This document shows, one piece after another, positions 37,291 to 49,920 of a stretch of DNA of 64,000 bases. The position numbers were made by a program, and so were the translations under genes. Position 1 is the first letter of the stretch; the number at the start of each line of letters is the position of its first letter. The DNA comes from Mustelus asterias (lineage: Eukaryota): the NCBI RefSeq assembly GCF_964213995.1, contig NC_135805.1, positions 106,950,001-107,014,000 on the forward strand, read 5' to 3'. A model generated the notes under the pieces. The model saw only the letters and a program-made list of their open reading frames with translations, ran no database searches and was not told the DNA's origin.

Positions 37291-38217
37291 TAAACTGGTG
37301 AACTAGGAGCGTCCATTTATACCTCTCCTCTGGTGGAGCACGAAGACTATCCCCAAAATGATTATCCCGAATGCTGAGGTGACCTTAAAGCAGAGATCTT
37401 TGTGCAGCAGGGCAATTAATCAGATTTGTTGGTTCCAGTGTAAATTGTGCACTAGAATCTCACAGAAGTCAGATGTGGCTAATCATAAATCTCCCAAATT
37501 TGAAATGGGGGTGCATTGGAAAGTAAGTTCCTTAAAAAGTATTGTACAATTAGGAAACATGTTATCAAAGTTACAGCATTTCATGGTCTCTACTTAGTGA
37601 GGTTTGAGATGTTAAACCACTGGGACAAAAAAATTGCTAATTAGGTTAAATTTGAGGTATCGCAGTGCAACACAGAAGAAAAGCAACAGCAGCAATTTAA
37701 TAATTAGAAACACTCTATATATCTGAGCTTGCTGCTGCTGCTTGTTATTATATAGCATTGGTCTCCAGCACAGGGCTGTTTTACTGTATTATAAAACACC
37801 ACCAAGTGAGTTCAAGGCAGGTACAAATTGGTTTATTAGCCACTGAATTTGCTGCTGTTGCTGTTTTTTTTCCTTTGCTTCAAAGTCATTTGTATTTATT
37901 TGAGCAAATTCTTTTCACGTATCATTGCGTCTCAAAATCAGCAGTTCACCAGTTGATTGATGGAGAATTTATTGAATTGGAAAAGCAGCGTGTCTGAAAA
38001 ATAGGTTTGCATGTAAAATAATAAATAATTAAACAGCAGAGCAGGAGTTTTTGGTTTGCAGGGAAAAGGAACAAGTTTATCAATTCAGTTGAGGAACTGC
38101 TATTTTAGTTACCTCAGAAAAATATTCTGCTGGGGTCCACAGATCTGGATAAAGTGTAATTTCACAGGCCCTTGAACTCAATTCAACATTGTTGTTGGCT
38201 GTATAAGAGTATTTAAT

Positions 38218-38301
38218 GTAAAGGCAAAATACTGCGGATGCTGGAATCTGAAAGAAAAACAGAAAGTACTGGAAAATCTCACCAGGTCTGACAACATCTG
38301 T
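38218..38301. mobile_element. PLE family-B pLTR fragment
   Basis: AAAGGCAAAATACTGCGGATGCTGGAATCTGAAA..GGAAAATCTCACCAGGTCTG, as at 19976 and 30431. An older copy lies at ~29760-29845. Confidence 0.8.
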
Positions 38302-38770
38302 CAGTAAGAGTTTTAACAACACCAGGTTAAAGTCCAACAGGTTTATTTGGTAGCAAATGCCATTAGCTTTCGGAACAGGCTGTTCCTTCGTCAGATGGAG
38401 TGGAGAAATGCTCACAAATAAGGCATACGGAGACACAAACTCAAGTTACAGAATACTGATTAGAATGCGAATCTTTACAGCTAATCAAGTCTTAAAGATA
38501 CAGACAATGTGAGTGGAGAGAGCATTAGGCACAGGTTAAAGAAATGTGTATTGTCTCCAGACAGGACAGCCAGTGAGATTCTGCAGGGTCCAGGCAAGCT
38601 GTGGGGGTTACCGATAGTGTGACATGAACCCAAGATCCCGGTTGAGGCCGTCCTCATGTGTGCAGAACCTGGCTATCAGTCTCTGCTCAGCGACTCTGCG
38701 CAGTCGTGTATCATGAAGGCCGCCTTGGAGAACACTTACCCGAAGATCAGAGGCCGAATACACGGGCATT
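38302..38770 (-). mobile_element. PLE family-A 3' fragment (GIY-YIG C-terminus, 3' UTR, pLTR without tail)
   Basis: SASDLRVSVLQGGLHDTRLRRVAEQRLIARFCTHEDGLNRDLGFMSHY; homologous to 42831-43684. Confidence 0.92.
38360..38398 (-). ncRNA. Minimal type-I hammerhead ribozyme motif
   Basis: CCAT-CTGACGA-A-GGAACA-GCC-TGTTCC-GAAA-GC-TA-ATGG. Confidence 0.85.
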
Positions 38771-39484
38771 CTAACCGTCCCCCACACAGTCCCGACTCTT
38801 CCCCCACAGTGCCTACCCCTCCAGCAGGCTGACCACCACCCCCCCATGGCTGCGTCCCCCCAGCCCACCCTGATCCCTGCCCTCCCTCCTTCCCCCACTG
38901 ATCCCTATGCAGAGTGGCAGCAGGACCTGCCACTCATGCCCCATCAGGCCCTGCCCCCTCATGTGCCCTGCCCCCTTGGCACTGCCCGATGCACAATGGG
39001 TAGTGCCAAGGTGCCTCCTGGGCATTGGTACTTTGCCCCTTGGGCAGTGCCAAAAGGTACAGGCTAACACTGCCCAGGGTGCCCATGCTCAGGGTGCATC
39101 ACCCCCCGCCACCCGCTGCTCAACCCCTTGGGGGGCCCCAATTGCCTCCCCTTCACTCCAGCGGTGTCGGGCTGCTACTTCCCCGAAAGTAGGGAGTTAC
39201 TGTAAGCCCCGCTGGAGTGAAACACTCTGGCTGGGGAGGGGGGAGGAGATGTTAGCGGGCCCAGAGACTTCAGTCCCAGGCCCGCTATTAGCATTTAAAT
39301 GATATTAAAATTATGATTTAAATATTCAACCCGTCTCCCCACCGATTTCTGGCGCAGAGCAGACACCGCCGGAAATCCAGCGCTGGGAAGTGCTATCATA
39401 GCTGGAACGCATGCGCAAATCCCGTGGGATTCTCCCGGCCCACTGCGCTGAAAAATTAACACAGCGGGATAGGAGAATCAACCC
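38771..39484. mobile_element. Harbinger-type non-autonomous element, right part
   Basis: GC-rich interior with TGCCC/GGCA motifs like 16753-17323; ends GGAGAATCAACCC. Confidence 0.6.
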
Positions 39485-40596
39485 CACCCCCACTCTCATA
39501 TCCTTTCACAGTTTCCCTTCTCTCAAAAGCTGGCACCATTACATTAACAAAAGTATCAGCCATTTCTTGACCATGTTTACTCAGGTGACATGAACATACC
39601 GAAAAGCAATGAATGGCTTTACTCAGCTTCCTTGGTGCACTCTTTAACAAAACCAATGGAGCAAGTACTGCTGCAAATAAGCCTCAATGTGAGAGCTGCT
39701 GAGATGTCCGATGGTCAAATGGTTACATTTTAGGCTTAGCGACATCCGTGTGTCGAGTTCTTACCCCTTATATTACTCTCTGTTCAGCTGCCCTCATTCT
39801 GGCTCGGTTTAGCCATGCTGCTGTCAAGTTCAGGTGGAATCCATTGAATGTGAATGCTATCAATAGGCAGAGGGCTTATCGCTCAATGTTCTGCTCAGTT
39901 AAAAGCTTTGTAATGTTACAGCAAATCGAGTTGTCGAACGTTAGTGACCAGGACATATGCTCCGGCACATGGCCAGAGAATGAGAACCAAACAGCTTATG
40001 GATACCAGATTTTCACACCTAAGTGTGTTATCTATGGGAAAACACAGGTTTGTGGAAAGTCACAATACTCGTGTTTAAAACAACAGTTGAAATATCTAAA
40101 ATGCAAACAGTTAAAGTATCAAAGGGAATCACTGCACTTTTCACCACCGCTGTACTTGCAGGGTGCACCATAATCAGAACTGACATTAAAGCTTAGACAA
40201 CCCAGAATAAGCTTTTAATAGTTAACCAGTCCAACTGCAACAGCAAAAAAGTCCAACTGTGTCTTGTAGTAGTGCATGGGAGGGTTGCCTATAACAGAAA
40301 TAATAGGCAGCTGCATATTTAACCTCCAATAAGTGTAGTTGAGGATGAGTTCCAGCTCTTTGTCACCAATAGAAACATTTCTAACAGTAGAAATCTCAGA
40401 ACCCCTTTACCATAATTGGTTGTTGATCTACAGATGCCTTGGACATGCATCATTCTGTCACCTTTCTACTTATGTCATAATAACCAAAGACAAGCACTTG
40501 TGATGGGTCTTCTCAAGTCTCACACACAACCACAGGAGGCTCCTGGAAGTGGCCTGACATAATTTTGTCATTGATGTTCCTGTGGGGATGAACTAG

Positions 40597-40635
40597 TGGA
40601 ACTTGTTTACCCCAGTCCAACGCCGGCATCTCCAC
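40597..40635 (+). mobile_element. 39-bp tail-only PLE family-A insertion
   Basis: TGTTTACCCCAGTCCAACGCCGGCATCTCCAC between perfect 12-bp repeats GGGATGAACTAG (40585-40596, 40636-40647). Confidence 0.88.
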
Positions 40636-40714
40636 GGGATGAACTAGGCCAACATCTGACACAGCTGAAGGCCATGAACTCAGCTGACTGAGAGAGCAAA
40701 GTTGTGTCTCACTG

Positions 40715-40856
40715 GTTTTTTTCTGTCATGGGATGTGGGCATTACTGGCTAGTCCAGTATTCATTGCCCATCATTAGATTCCCTTGAGAAGTTGGTGATG
40801 AGCTGGCATCTTGAACTGCTGTAATTCACATGGGGTAGCTACACCCATAATACTGT
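40715..40856 (-). mobile_element. LINE 3' end sharing the tail of SINE family C
   Basis: Minus strand TTCAAGATGCCAGCTCATCACCAACTTCTCAAGGG..ATGGGCAATGAATACTGG..CCCATGAC(A)n. The last ~55 nt match the family-C tail; the upstream part does not match the SINE. Confidence 0.6.
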
Positions 40857-41836
40857 GGAAAAGACCCATATCTCAGACCCCACAAATTTCACTTCACTTT
40901 CCCGCACTATTTTCAATAGACACCGAGGCCAGTGTTCTATGACCTCGCGTGGGCGAGACTCGTAATATGCTGCCTGAGGCTAACAGAGAATTCCGTTCTG
41001 TGAGACTTGCGTGGTGGTAAAATTCTGACTCTAGATGTCATTAGCCCAGGATACTGAATTGCTTTTAATTGCTTCCAGAATGATTAAAATCTTCCCACAC
41101 TTCCCTGTGCCTTTTAAGCCACCTACTTTGTTACCGTGCTGATAATTGGGAGTACTTTCTTTCTCTATATTTGCTGCTAATGTGGCTCTTCGCAGCTCTT
41201 TAGCCTGTCCCTCTGTCTTTCACCGTAATGGTTTATATTCTCATGTTCTCTCTCTTCTTTTGGCTTTTGCCGCTTTTCTTATTTTTATTTATTTGCTCTT
41301 TCTCTCTTGTCTCACCCCGCCTGCCACTCTTGTTTTTTTTTTCACTATTCTCCTCTTCTCTTGTTTCCAGGATTTTGAGTGGCACCTTTATTGGTCTGAC
41401 CCCAAGTTAATGAGCAGCACATGTTCTGTCAAAACGAATAAAAAAGTTATTTAATAACTCTGAAACTTATACAACAATAGTGTGATTATTCCAGCAGTCT
41501 GGTGGTGACCTGGGAAGCATGCAGGAACAAGTATCTGTATCCATACACCAACTGGATTCTCGTTTGAGATGTATACAGTTCCGTATAGGTAGCAGCACTA
41601 CTCAATCATGTCGATTAATGGAATTACACAATTTCAGTGTGCTGCAGGCTTGTGAATCCACACAGTCGGCAGAATGTACTGTTCCCAGCTAATGGTAGTG
41701 AGACTCCAGTTTTACTGGATTTTCCGTTCTGTCAATTTTTACTGCTGCTTCCCATGATGCCCTTCTGCGTTTTCTGAGTGTTCTTACTTTTGGGCTATAA
41801 AGTTGGGTTTTTATGGGCCAGCTTAAAGTCCATTTA

Positions 41837-42197
41837 TTTATTTATTTTATACATTCATGGGACATGGGTGTCGCTGGCTGGACAGCATTTATTGCCCATC
41901 CCTAGTTGCCCTTGTTCAGAGGGCAGTTGAGAGCGAACCACATTGCTGGGCTCTGGAGTCACATGTAGGCCAGACCACGTAAGGATGGTAGATTTCCTCC
42001 CCTAAAGGACATGAGTGGACCAGATGGGTTTTTATGACAATGGCTTCAATGTCATCAGCAGATTCTTAATTCCAGATATTTTTTGTTGTATTCAAATTCA
42101 ATCTGCCGTGGCGGGATTCAAACCCAGGTCCCCAGAACATTAGCTGAGTTTCTGGGTTAATAGTCCAGTGATAACATCACTAGGCCATCACCTCTCC
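41837..42197 (-). mobile_element. tRNA-derived SINE family C
   Basis: Reverse-complement homolog of 31057-31399. Confidence 0.88.
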
Positions 42198-42830
42198 TTA
42201 TTGACACATGCTGTGAAGTAATTTTCCAATAGTCCACCATGCCTTTTCTGGGTTGGATGGCTGAGAAAATTGAGTTCTTCCAAGGACGTCCATGCAGCCG
42301 CCAAAGACTTCTGTTTTCCAAATCAGCCTTCAGTCAGCCTACAGGGGAACAGGGAGCCAGGACAGAATCGAAATGTGGGAGAATGGCATGCCCACAAATT
42401 GTGACCCAAAAGTAAACACACCTACAGGCTTGCTCTCCCTTGCCGTTTAATTATTTCAGCTGAGGTAAACAATCGTTATTTTGTACTCAATCTAATTTCG
42501 CCTGACATTTCCTAAGAGGAGACTCTACTGCAAACTGTACCTTATTTTCTTGTTAGATTGATTGTAGAGGCAAGCATTTAAATTTTGTGAGGGTGTTTAG
42601 TGAAGTAGTGCATGGAACAAGGGGAGGGGTTGAATGTGCAGAGTCTACTGGTGCGGGTGCAGCTTCTAGCTTCTGAACCACAGTGTTTAAATTTGATTTA
42701 AGTTTATTTATTAGTGTCACATAGGCTTACATTAACACTGCAATGAAGTTACTGTGAAAATCCCCCAGTTGCCACACTCTAGCGCCTGTTCAGGTACACT
42801 GAGGGAGAATTTAGCATGGTCAATGCACCT

Positions 42831-43684
42831 ATGATGTGGAGATGCCGGCGTTGGACTGGGGTAAACACAGTAAGAAGTTTAACAACACCAGGTTAAAGTC
42901 CAACAGGTTTATTTGGTAGCAAAAGCCACACAAGCTTTCGAGGCTCTGAGCCCCTTCTTCAGGTGAGTGGGAATTCTGTTCACAAACAGAACTTATAAGA
43001 CACAGACTCAATTTACATGAATAATGGTTGGAATGCGAATACTTACAACTAATCCAGTCTTTAAGAAACAAAACAATGGGAGTGGAGAGAGCATCAAGAC
43101 AGGCTAAAAAGATGTGTATTGTCTCCAGACAAGACAGCCAGTGAAACTCTGCAGGTCCACGCAACTGTGGGAGTTACAAATAGTGTGACATAAATTCTGA
43201 TTCTAGGATCGCATGATAAAGACTCAGGAGGAAAAAAGCAGAAATATTTATGTGAAATAGTGTGACATAAACCCAATATCCCGGTTGAGGCCGTCCTTGT
43301 GTGTGCGGAACCTGGCTATCAGTTTCTGCTCCGCGACTCTGCGCTGTCGTGTGTCGCGAAGGCCGCCTTGGAGAACGCTTACCCGAATATCAGAGGCCGA
43401 ATGCCCGTGACCGCTGAAGTGCTCCCCAACAGGAAGAGAACAGTCTTGCCTGGTGATTGTCGAGCGGTGTTCATTCATCCGTTGTCGCAGCGTCTGCATA
43501 GTTTCCCCAATGTACCATGCCTCGGGACATCCTTTCTTGCAGCGTATCAGGTAGACAACGTTGGCCGAGTTGCAAGAGTATGTACCGTGTACCTGGTGGA
43601 TGGTGTTCTCACGTGAGATGATGGCATCTGTGTCGATGATCCGGCACGTCTTGCAGAGGTTGCTGTGGCAGGGTTGTGTGGTGT
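42831..43684 (-). mobile_element. 5'-truncated Penelope-like element (Neptune-like GIY-YIG endonuclease, 3' UTR, pLTR and tail)
   Basis: PCHSNLCKTC...YSCNSANVVYLIRCKKGCPEAWYIGETMQTLRQRMNEHR...EHF...AEQKLI...GLNRD is a PLE GIY-YIG domain with a Cys-rich linker. Confidence 0.95.
42929..42965 (-). ncRNA. Minimal type-I hammerhead ribozyme motif
   Basis: CAC-CTGAAGA-A-GGGGCT-CAG-AGCCTC-GAAA-GC-TT-GTG. Confidence 0.8.
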
Positions 43685-44336
43685 CTAACCAGCATTCATT
43701 TGGACTGTGGGAGGAAACCGGAGCACCGAAAGGAAACCGCTGCAGACACGGGGAGAACGTGCAGGATCCACACTGACAGTTACCCAAGCCGGGAATCAAA
43801 CCCGGGTCCCTGGCGCTGTGAGGCAACAGAGATAACCACTGTGCCACCGTGCCGCCCCAAAGGTGATGATCTCCACTGCAGTGGAAGGGAGGGGACCAGG
43901 CAGCAACCAGATGATCCCCACAAGGCAGAGGAATAACGAATGTCCAATCACTTGTTGGCATGTCTGCAAACAGCTAGGTTGGAGATGTTCACCAGCAAGG
44001 GCCTGGCAGCATGTTGATACCTATCCTCGTTGTTACAGGTATCCATATCACGAAAACTGTGGCTTAGAAGTCTTTATTTGATGGCTCCAATCTAATTTCC
44101 AAGTATCCCAGTACATTATACCTCATTATACTCTGGATTTATTATTCCTCCAGTGGACATGCCAATGAGCTAACTTGTCAAATTCTGGGCAAACAGCTTT
44201 GCAGACCAGCGTTAGGCACAACTCCCCTCACATTGTGAACATTTCTCACCACATAGAAGCGAGGGGCCAAATGATTCAGAATTTTGTACAATTCAAGGAG
44301 TAGCAAGAATCCATTTGTCGATACGACTAAATAGAC

Positions 44337-44883
44337 CTGAATGAAACGTAGCCACTGTTGTAATGTAGGAATGATGTGGAGATGCCGGAGTTGGACTGGG
44401 GTGGGCTCAGTAAGAAGTCTCACAACACCAGGTTAAAGTCTAACAGGTTTATTTGGAATCACGAGCTTTCGGAGCGCTGCTCCTTCATCAGGTGAGTGAG
44501 ATTCCCCAATGAAGAAAGCAGGAAACACGCAGCCAATTTACATACAGCAACGTGGTAATAACTGATAATCTACGTGATATTTTTTGAGGGATAAATATTG
44601 GCCAGGGCACCAAGGATAACTCTCCTGCTCTTCAACATATTAAGAAGTTTAACAACACCAGGTTAAAGTCCAACAGGTTTATTTGGTAGCAAAAGCCACA
44701 CAAGCTTTCGGAGCTCGAACACTCCACATCACTTCAACATATTGCCAAGGAATCATTTACATCCACCTCAGAGGCCAGATGCAACCTCTGTTTTAACAAA
44801 AGGTGGCGCCTCTGATAGTGCAACACTCCCTAAGCACCGCACAGGGGTATCAGCCTAGATTGTTTTTCATTTGCTCAAATCTC
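44337..44883 (-). mobile_element. Deu-domain SINE interrupted by two PLE family-A insertions (44371-44500, 44642-44731)
   Basis: TTGAGGGATAAATATTGGCCAGGGCACC..CTCCTGCTCTTC is the Deu domain in reverse. The second PLE piece is flanked by CTTCAACATATT (44630-44641, 44732-44743). Confidence 0.8.
44459..44495 (-). ncRNA. Minimal type-I hammerhead ribozyme motif (canonical CUGAUGA core)
   Basis: TCAC-CTGATGA-A-GGAGC-AGC-GCTCC-GAAA-GC-TC-GTGA. Confidence 0.85.
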
Positions 44884-46605
44884 ACGGTCTCAGACTCTGA
44901 AGTAAGAAGGCAACTGCCTGATCCACAGCTGACGCTCAAATAAAGTGAAATAAACGGAAGGAAAGGAAGATTTGATTGAGAGAAAAAGAAATGAGACAAA
45001 ATGGAAAGGCATAAAGTAAATGTTAAATTTTACAGTTTTTAAATCGCCAATAACATTTAAGCCCTGAGGAATGGGACTCCACACTAGTAGAAGTTAATTT
45101 TCAGTTTGGTAGGAATTAACACCCATCACTTTGCTAAAAGGGCACTTCGAGTGAAATGGACAAGTCCTAACTTACTGTAATGAGTTTAGTTCTATCTACT
45201 TGTAAATCCAACAATTTCATGCCCTTCAATGCATGTCGATAGTGAGGCTGATAGCGAGATGCAATTTTCATAAAACTAATTGCGTAGCATTGGACAACAA
45301 CTTTTGGGTATTTGAGCCATCCACATGCCTCTCGCCTTTTGCGTCTGTGCATAAATAATTACTTTTGTCTTATCATTACTCTGGCAGGAAAATCTGGGCC
45401 AATACTTTCTGTTGGAATATAAGAATCTTTGAGAAGATGAAAAGCACGTTTTCCCCAACAAACCTTCCCCAAATTCATTAATCTCAAATCTGGTGAGCTG
45501 ACTTCTCCCCCCTTTCCCTCAATGGCTCTCCCGAACCATATCTGCGTACCCCCTATTCAGCTTGATTGCCGAAAGAAATCCCTAGTGATACCCTTCCTTT
45601 AAAGTTCTGTCGAATATTCCTTTGCCCCACTGCCTTCCACACTTTCAGAATGTGGCATCTGACTTGCAAACTTCCTAATAGAGTAAGTCATCTGCTGTGA
45701 TTTTACTTTATTGCAACAAATGTGCTTTAAGATCCAAAATCTGGGTGTGGATTGGAGAATATCAAGGGTTGGGACTGGAACAGGGAGCCGAGTGAGGAAC
45801 GCAGTGTTCCTGCGGGAGAGGGGGGTGGAGAGAAGCAAGCACATAAAATCATAGTGGGAGACTTCAGAAAACATATGGGATTGTGATGGAGATGGGGATT
45901 TATGTCTTTTCCTTTATGTATGCTCAGAGGGGGGGCGGGGGGGGGGGGGGGGTTCCACTATGCCCTCAGTCCACATATGTGGAGCAAACGGTTTTATTTC
46001 TTCTGAGGATCTGATGCATCAAATCCTATCTTGTGAAAAAAATAACTGCAGGTGGTCAGCTAAGCAGGGTAAAATATAAAACTTGACCTCAACTTGGATG
46101 GTTTTGCATTTCGTCATTTCCTCTCCTTCTTGCCAAATCCGTGTGAAAATTAATATTATGTTAAATGGTTTTGTGTACACAACATCTATAGAATGTCAGA
46201 ACTCGGCTGAGCTGAGAGTGTAAGTATCTCATATCCAGCATATGGAAATCTTCTCAACTATCCCGAATTATATTCAATACTATAATTATACTCCCATTCT
46301 CCGATCAGATTTTCACTCGTCCACGTTTATTACATTTATGGGTGTCATGGTGTTTGTGTGTCACATCTAATGTTTGACTTGACTATATGACAAGAGATCA
46401 TTTCTAATTTAGGGCAATTTTAAAATGTATTCATGCACAAGCAAATTAATTTTAATGTAGATTAAAATGGAAACCCACTGTGATAATTTGCAGCAATTTG
46501 CATCATGTAAACAGTTGTCATCAAAACCTTCCTAATTGCACTGGTGTAAAAAAAAATTTACATCACAGATTTAACAGGAATGAAAGATACCCGAGCTCAT
46601 AAATG

Positions 46606-46825
46606 CAGAGAATCATAGAATCCCTACAGTGCAGAAGGAGGCCATTCGGCCCATCGAGTCTGTACCGACCACAATCCCACCCAGGTCCTATTCCCGTAAC
46701 CCCATGTATTTACCTTGTTAATCCCTGTGACACTAGGGTCAATTTAGCGTGGCCAATCAACCTAACCCGCACATCTTTGGACTGTGCACCTGGAGGAAAC
46801 CAGAGCACCCGGAGGAAACCCACTC
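46606..46825 (-). mobile_element. HE1-type SINE, 5'-truncated
   Basis: Matches the 3' two-thirds of other copies. Confidence 0.88.
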
Positions 46826-49238
46826 AGAGTTAAAACATTTTGGCTCAGCTTTGATTCTCACACTTGGCAAAACCGGGCCGGCGAGTGCTGGGTGGGTTTG
46901 GGGTGGGGGAGGGGGGGGGGTGGCAGGTCAGGGGCACTGCCAGCAACCGAAACGGAGCAGGGAACTCAAATTCACCACTCCTTTCTTGCTCTGATCAGTC
47001 CAACGTCAATTATAAACAACAACCATCAAGAGTGCGTGCACCAAGCCAGCAGAGTCCGGTTTAAATATGCAAGTCAACCCTCACCTAATCTCCTATTTTA
47101 ACCTGAGGCCTGAGAGGTGGAGCAGTGGTCATTTCCCTGCCAGGCCCATCCTGATGGAAAGAGCAGCCAGGGCCAGAGGAAGCAAGGCTAAGCTTTTAAC
47201 ATTTCATTTGGTTCCTTGTGGACCAGGAGACTATGGGCCTCACAAAGAGGCCAGAGGCCCCCGCTCCCCCCCCCGCCCCCCCTCGCCCAGTTTATCCTTC
47301 CCCTTTCCGCCACTCCCCGCTGGGATTGCCCCCTTGCTGCGCTTTCTCCAATCTGCTCACCTTGTGCCACGCGATTAAAGAAAAATGATGGTCATGAGGA
47401 AATTCACTGTACACCTTCGAGTAGTGCTGGGTAATCTCTTATGTACACTGGACAGGCTGGAGGGGCTCACTTAACGTTGCTTCCAAAAGACAGTCAACCC
47501 CCCCACCCACAGAATTGCAGCTTGCCCTCAGAGCTGCATTGGGTTGTCAGTCTCGACCTTGTGCTCAGCTCTCTGGGGTGGGAATGGGAATGGGAAAAGC
47601 CACTTTCTGACTCTGATGTGAGTGTGGTAACAAGCTGACTGCGGGTGTGGTGGGGCAGGGGATGGGCGGGTGTGGTGAACTTAGCTTGGCAGATCTCAGC
47701 ATGTCTCTGTGGGACTCCCTTAATCCCATTCCCACCTGGAAGAACAGGAATTTCTACCCAGAAAGCACAACAGCTGGAATTGCTTCCAGCAGTAGGAGCG
47801 GTGCTGGTGCCGGAGGTCACTTTAATCATCATGCACAAATGGTTCAATAATGTGTCGGCAATCAATGGACATCGTTATTTTATATGTTTACAAACTCAAA
47901 CAAATCGCTCAACACTTTTTTTCTATTTGACCAGTTGGAAGACCCTTTATTTCTTAAAGAATCATGAACAAGAACTAAATACATTTGTTCTTTTTTAAAC
48001 CAAAGTTTGAATATCAGAATATACTTCTGTCCATTTCTAAGGGAATCAGAGTTCATTTTGGGTGGCTTTTCTGTGTAGTGTTTGGAGTGGATAAAGCCAC
48101 CTGCATTCAGCAAGACAGAAACAGCTTTATAAGATTAATTTTCACCTCTATATTCCTCAGTCGTTTTACGCAACTAATGCTGCAACATACTGTGGACCTT
48201 GTTATGTGCATCTTGGAATCATGATCTGTATGAAAAGAGCTTTGTCCAGATTGAGCTTCAGGTCATAAGGGGTAAGGTTCATGGCTACCAAAGGTCAAAC
48301 CTGATCAATAACCTGTTAATATCACATTGTCTGCTCTAACGAGTTTTGGTGTTAGGTTTGGTTCATGCATGGCTGGAAGGTACGACTGACCTGTACTTTC
48401 CATCACTGTCAATCTCTTTCTGGCCGTTGCTGTCAGCTGTGAACAAAATGCCTTTGAATGGAACTTTCTACAACATACCTTTTCTCTGAAATATCAATTT
48501 CCCCGAACTGTCGATATTGCCCAGCTGAAATCCCTTGTAGTGGAATTTGCCCAGTCTGACAGCATTCCAGAGCAGTGGATTCAAACAGGGAGCTCCTTCA
48601 TATCCACCAACATTTATTACCAGGGGAACCAGGAGATATGGTGCAATAGACAGAGTCCTTGCACTTCTTCCAGGGGGGTGAAAAGCTCTCTTGCCCGCTT
48701 TCTGTATGGGTCCAATATGGAATGAGTTTCGCAGCACATGAGCATGATAACATCTCTGGTTGGCAAGATGTAACTATTGTGGTGCCACAGGGTTCGGTCT
48801 TCGGGCCCCAACTATTTACAATCTACGTTAATGACTTGGATGCAGGGATAGTAGACACATAGAAACATAGAAAGTAGGTGCAGGAATAGGCCATTTGGCC
48901 CCTCGAGTCTGCACCACTATTCAATATGATCATGGCTGATCATGCACCTTCAGTGTCCCACTCCCATTTTCTCTCCATACCTCTTGATCTCTTTAGCCAC
49001 AAGGGCCACATCCCGCTCCCTCTTGAACATATCTAACAAACTGGCTCCAACAGCTTTCCGTGGTAGACAATTCCACAGGTTCACAACTCTCTGAGTGAAG
49101 AAGTTCTTCCTCATCTCAGTCCTGAATGGCTTATCCCTTATGCTTAGACAGTGACCCCTAGTTCTGCACTTCACCAACATCAGGAACATTCTTCCTGCAC
49201 CTAGCCTGTCCAGTCCCATCAGGATTTTATATGTTTCT

Positions 49239-49567
49239 CATACAATCATAGAATCCCTCCAGTGCAGAAGGAGGCCATTCAGCCATCGAGTTTGCACTGA
49301 CAACAATCTCAGCCAGGCCCTATCCCCGTAACCTCATGTATTTACCCTGCAAATCCCCCTGATACTAAGGGGCAATTTAGCACAGCCAGTTAATCTAACC
49401 TGCACATCTTTGGAGTGTGGGAGGAAACCGGAGCACCCAGAGGAAACTCACGCAGACACGAGGAAAATGTGCAAACTCCACACAGATAGTGACCCGAGGC
49501 CAGAATTGAACTCGGGTCCCAGGCGTTGTAAGGCAGCAGTGCTAACCACTATGCACAGTGCCACCCA
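49239..49567 (-). mobile_element. HE1-type V-SINE
   Basis: Full-length copy inside the minus-strand CR1. Confidence 0.92.
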
Positions 49568-49920
49568 GAAAATAGGTGCATGAGATGAGTTCTATGAGAT
49601 CCCCTTTCATTCTTCTAAATTCCAGTGAGCACAAGCCCAATCAATCCAGTCTTTCTTCAAATGTCAATCCTGCCATTCCAGGAATCAGTCTGGTGAAGCT
49701 TAGCTGGAATCCCTCAATAGCGAGAATGTCCTTCCTCAGACGAGGAGATCAAAACTACACACAATACCCAAGGTGTAGCCTCACCAAGGCCCTGTATAAC
49801 TGCAGCAAGACATCCTTACTCCTTTACTCAAATCCTCTTGCTATGAAAGCCAGCATGCCATTAGTTTTCCTCACCACCTGCTGTACCTGCATGCCAACCT
49901 TCAGTGACTATTCCACCATG

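Larger units (their letters stand above)
42686..43858 (-). mobile_element. V-SINE type B split by a PLE insertion (42686-42830 and 43685-43858)
   Basis: Halves rejoin at CAATGCACCTA|ACCAGCA, as in the intact copies. Confidence 0.88.

Noticed and set aside
43248-43961. 237-aa ORF as a novel host endonuclease gene
   Set aside because: It is a chance fusion of V-SINE sequence (N-terminus) to a 5'-truncated PLE GIY-YIG domain at the insertion junction.
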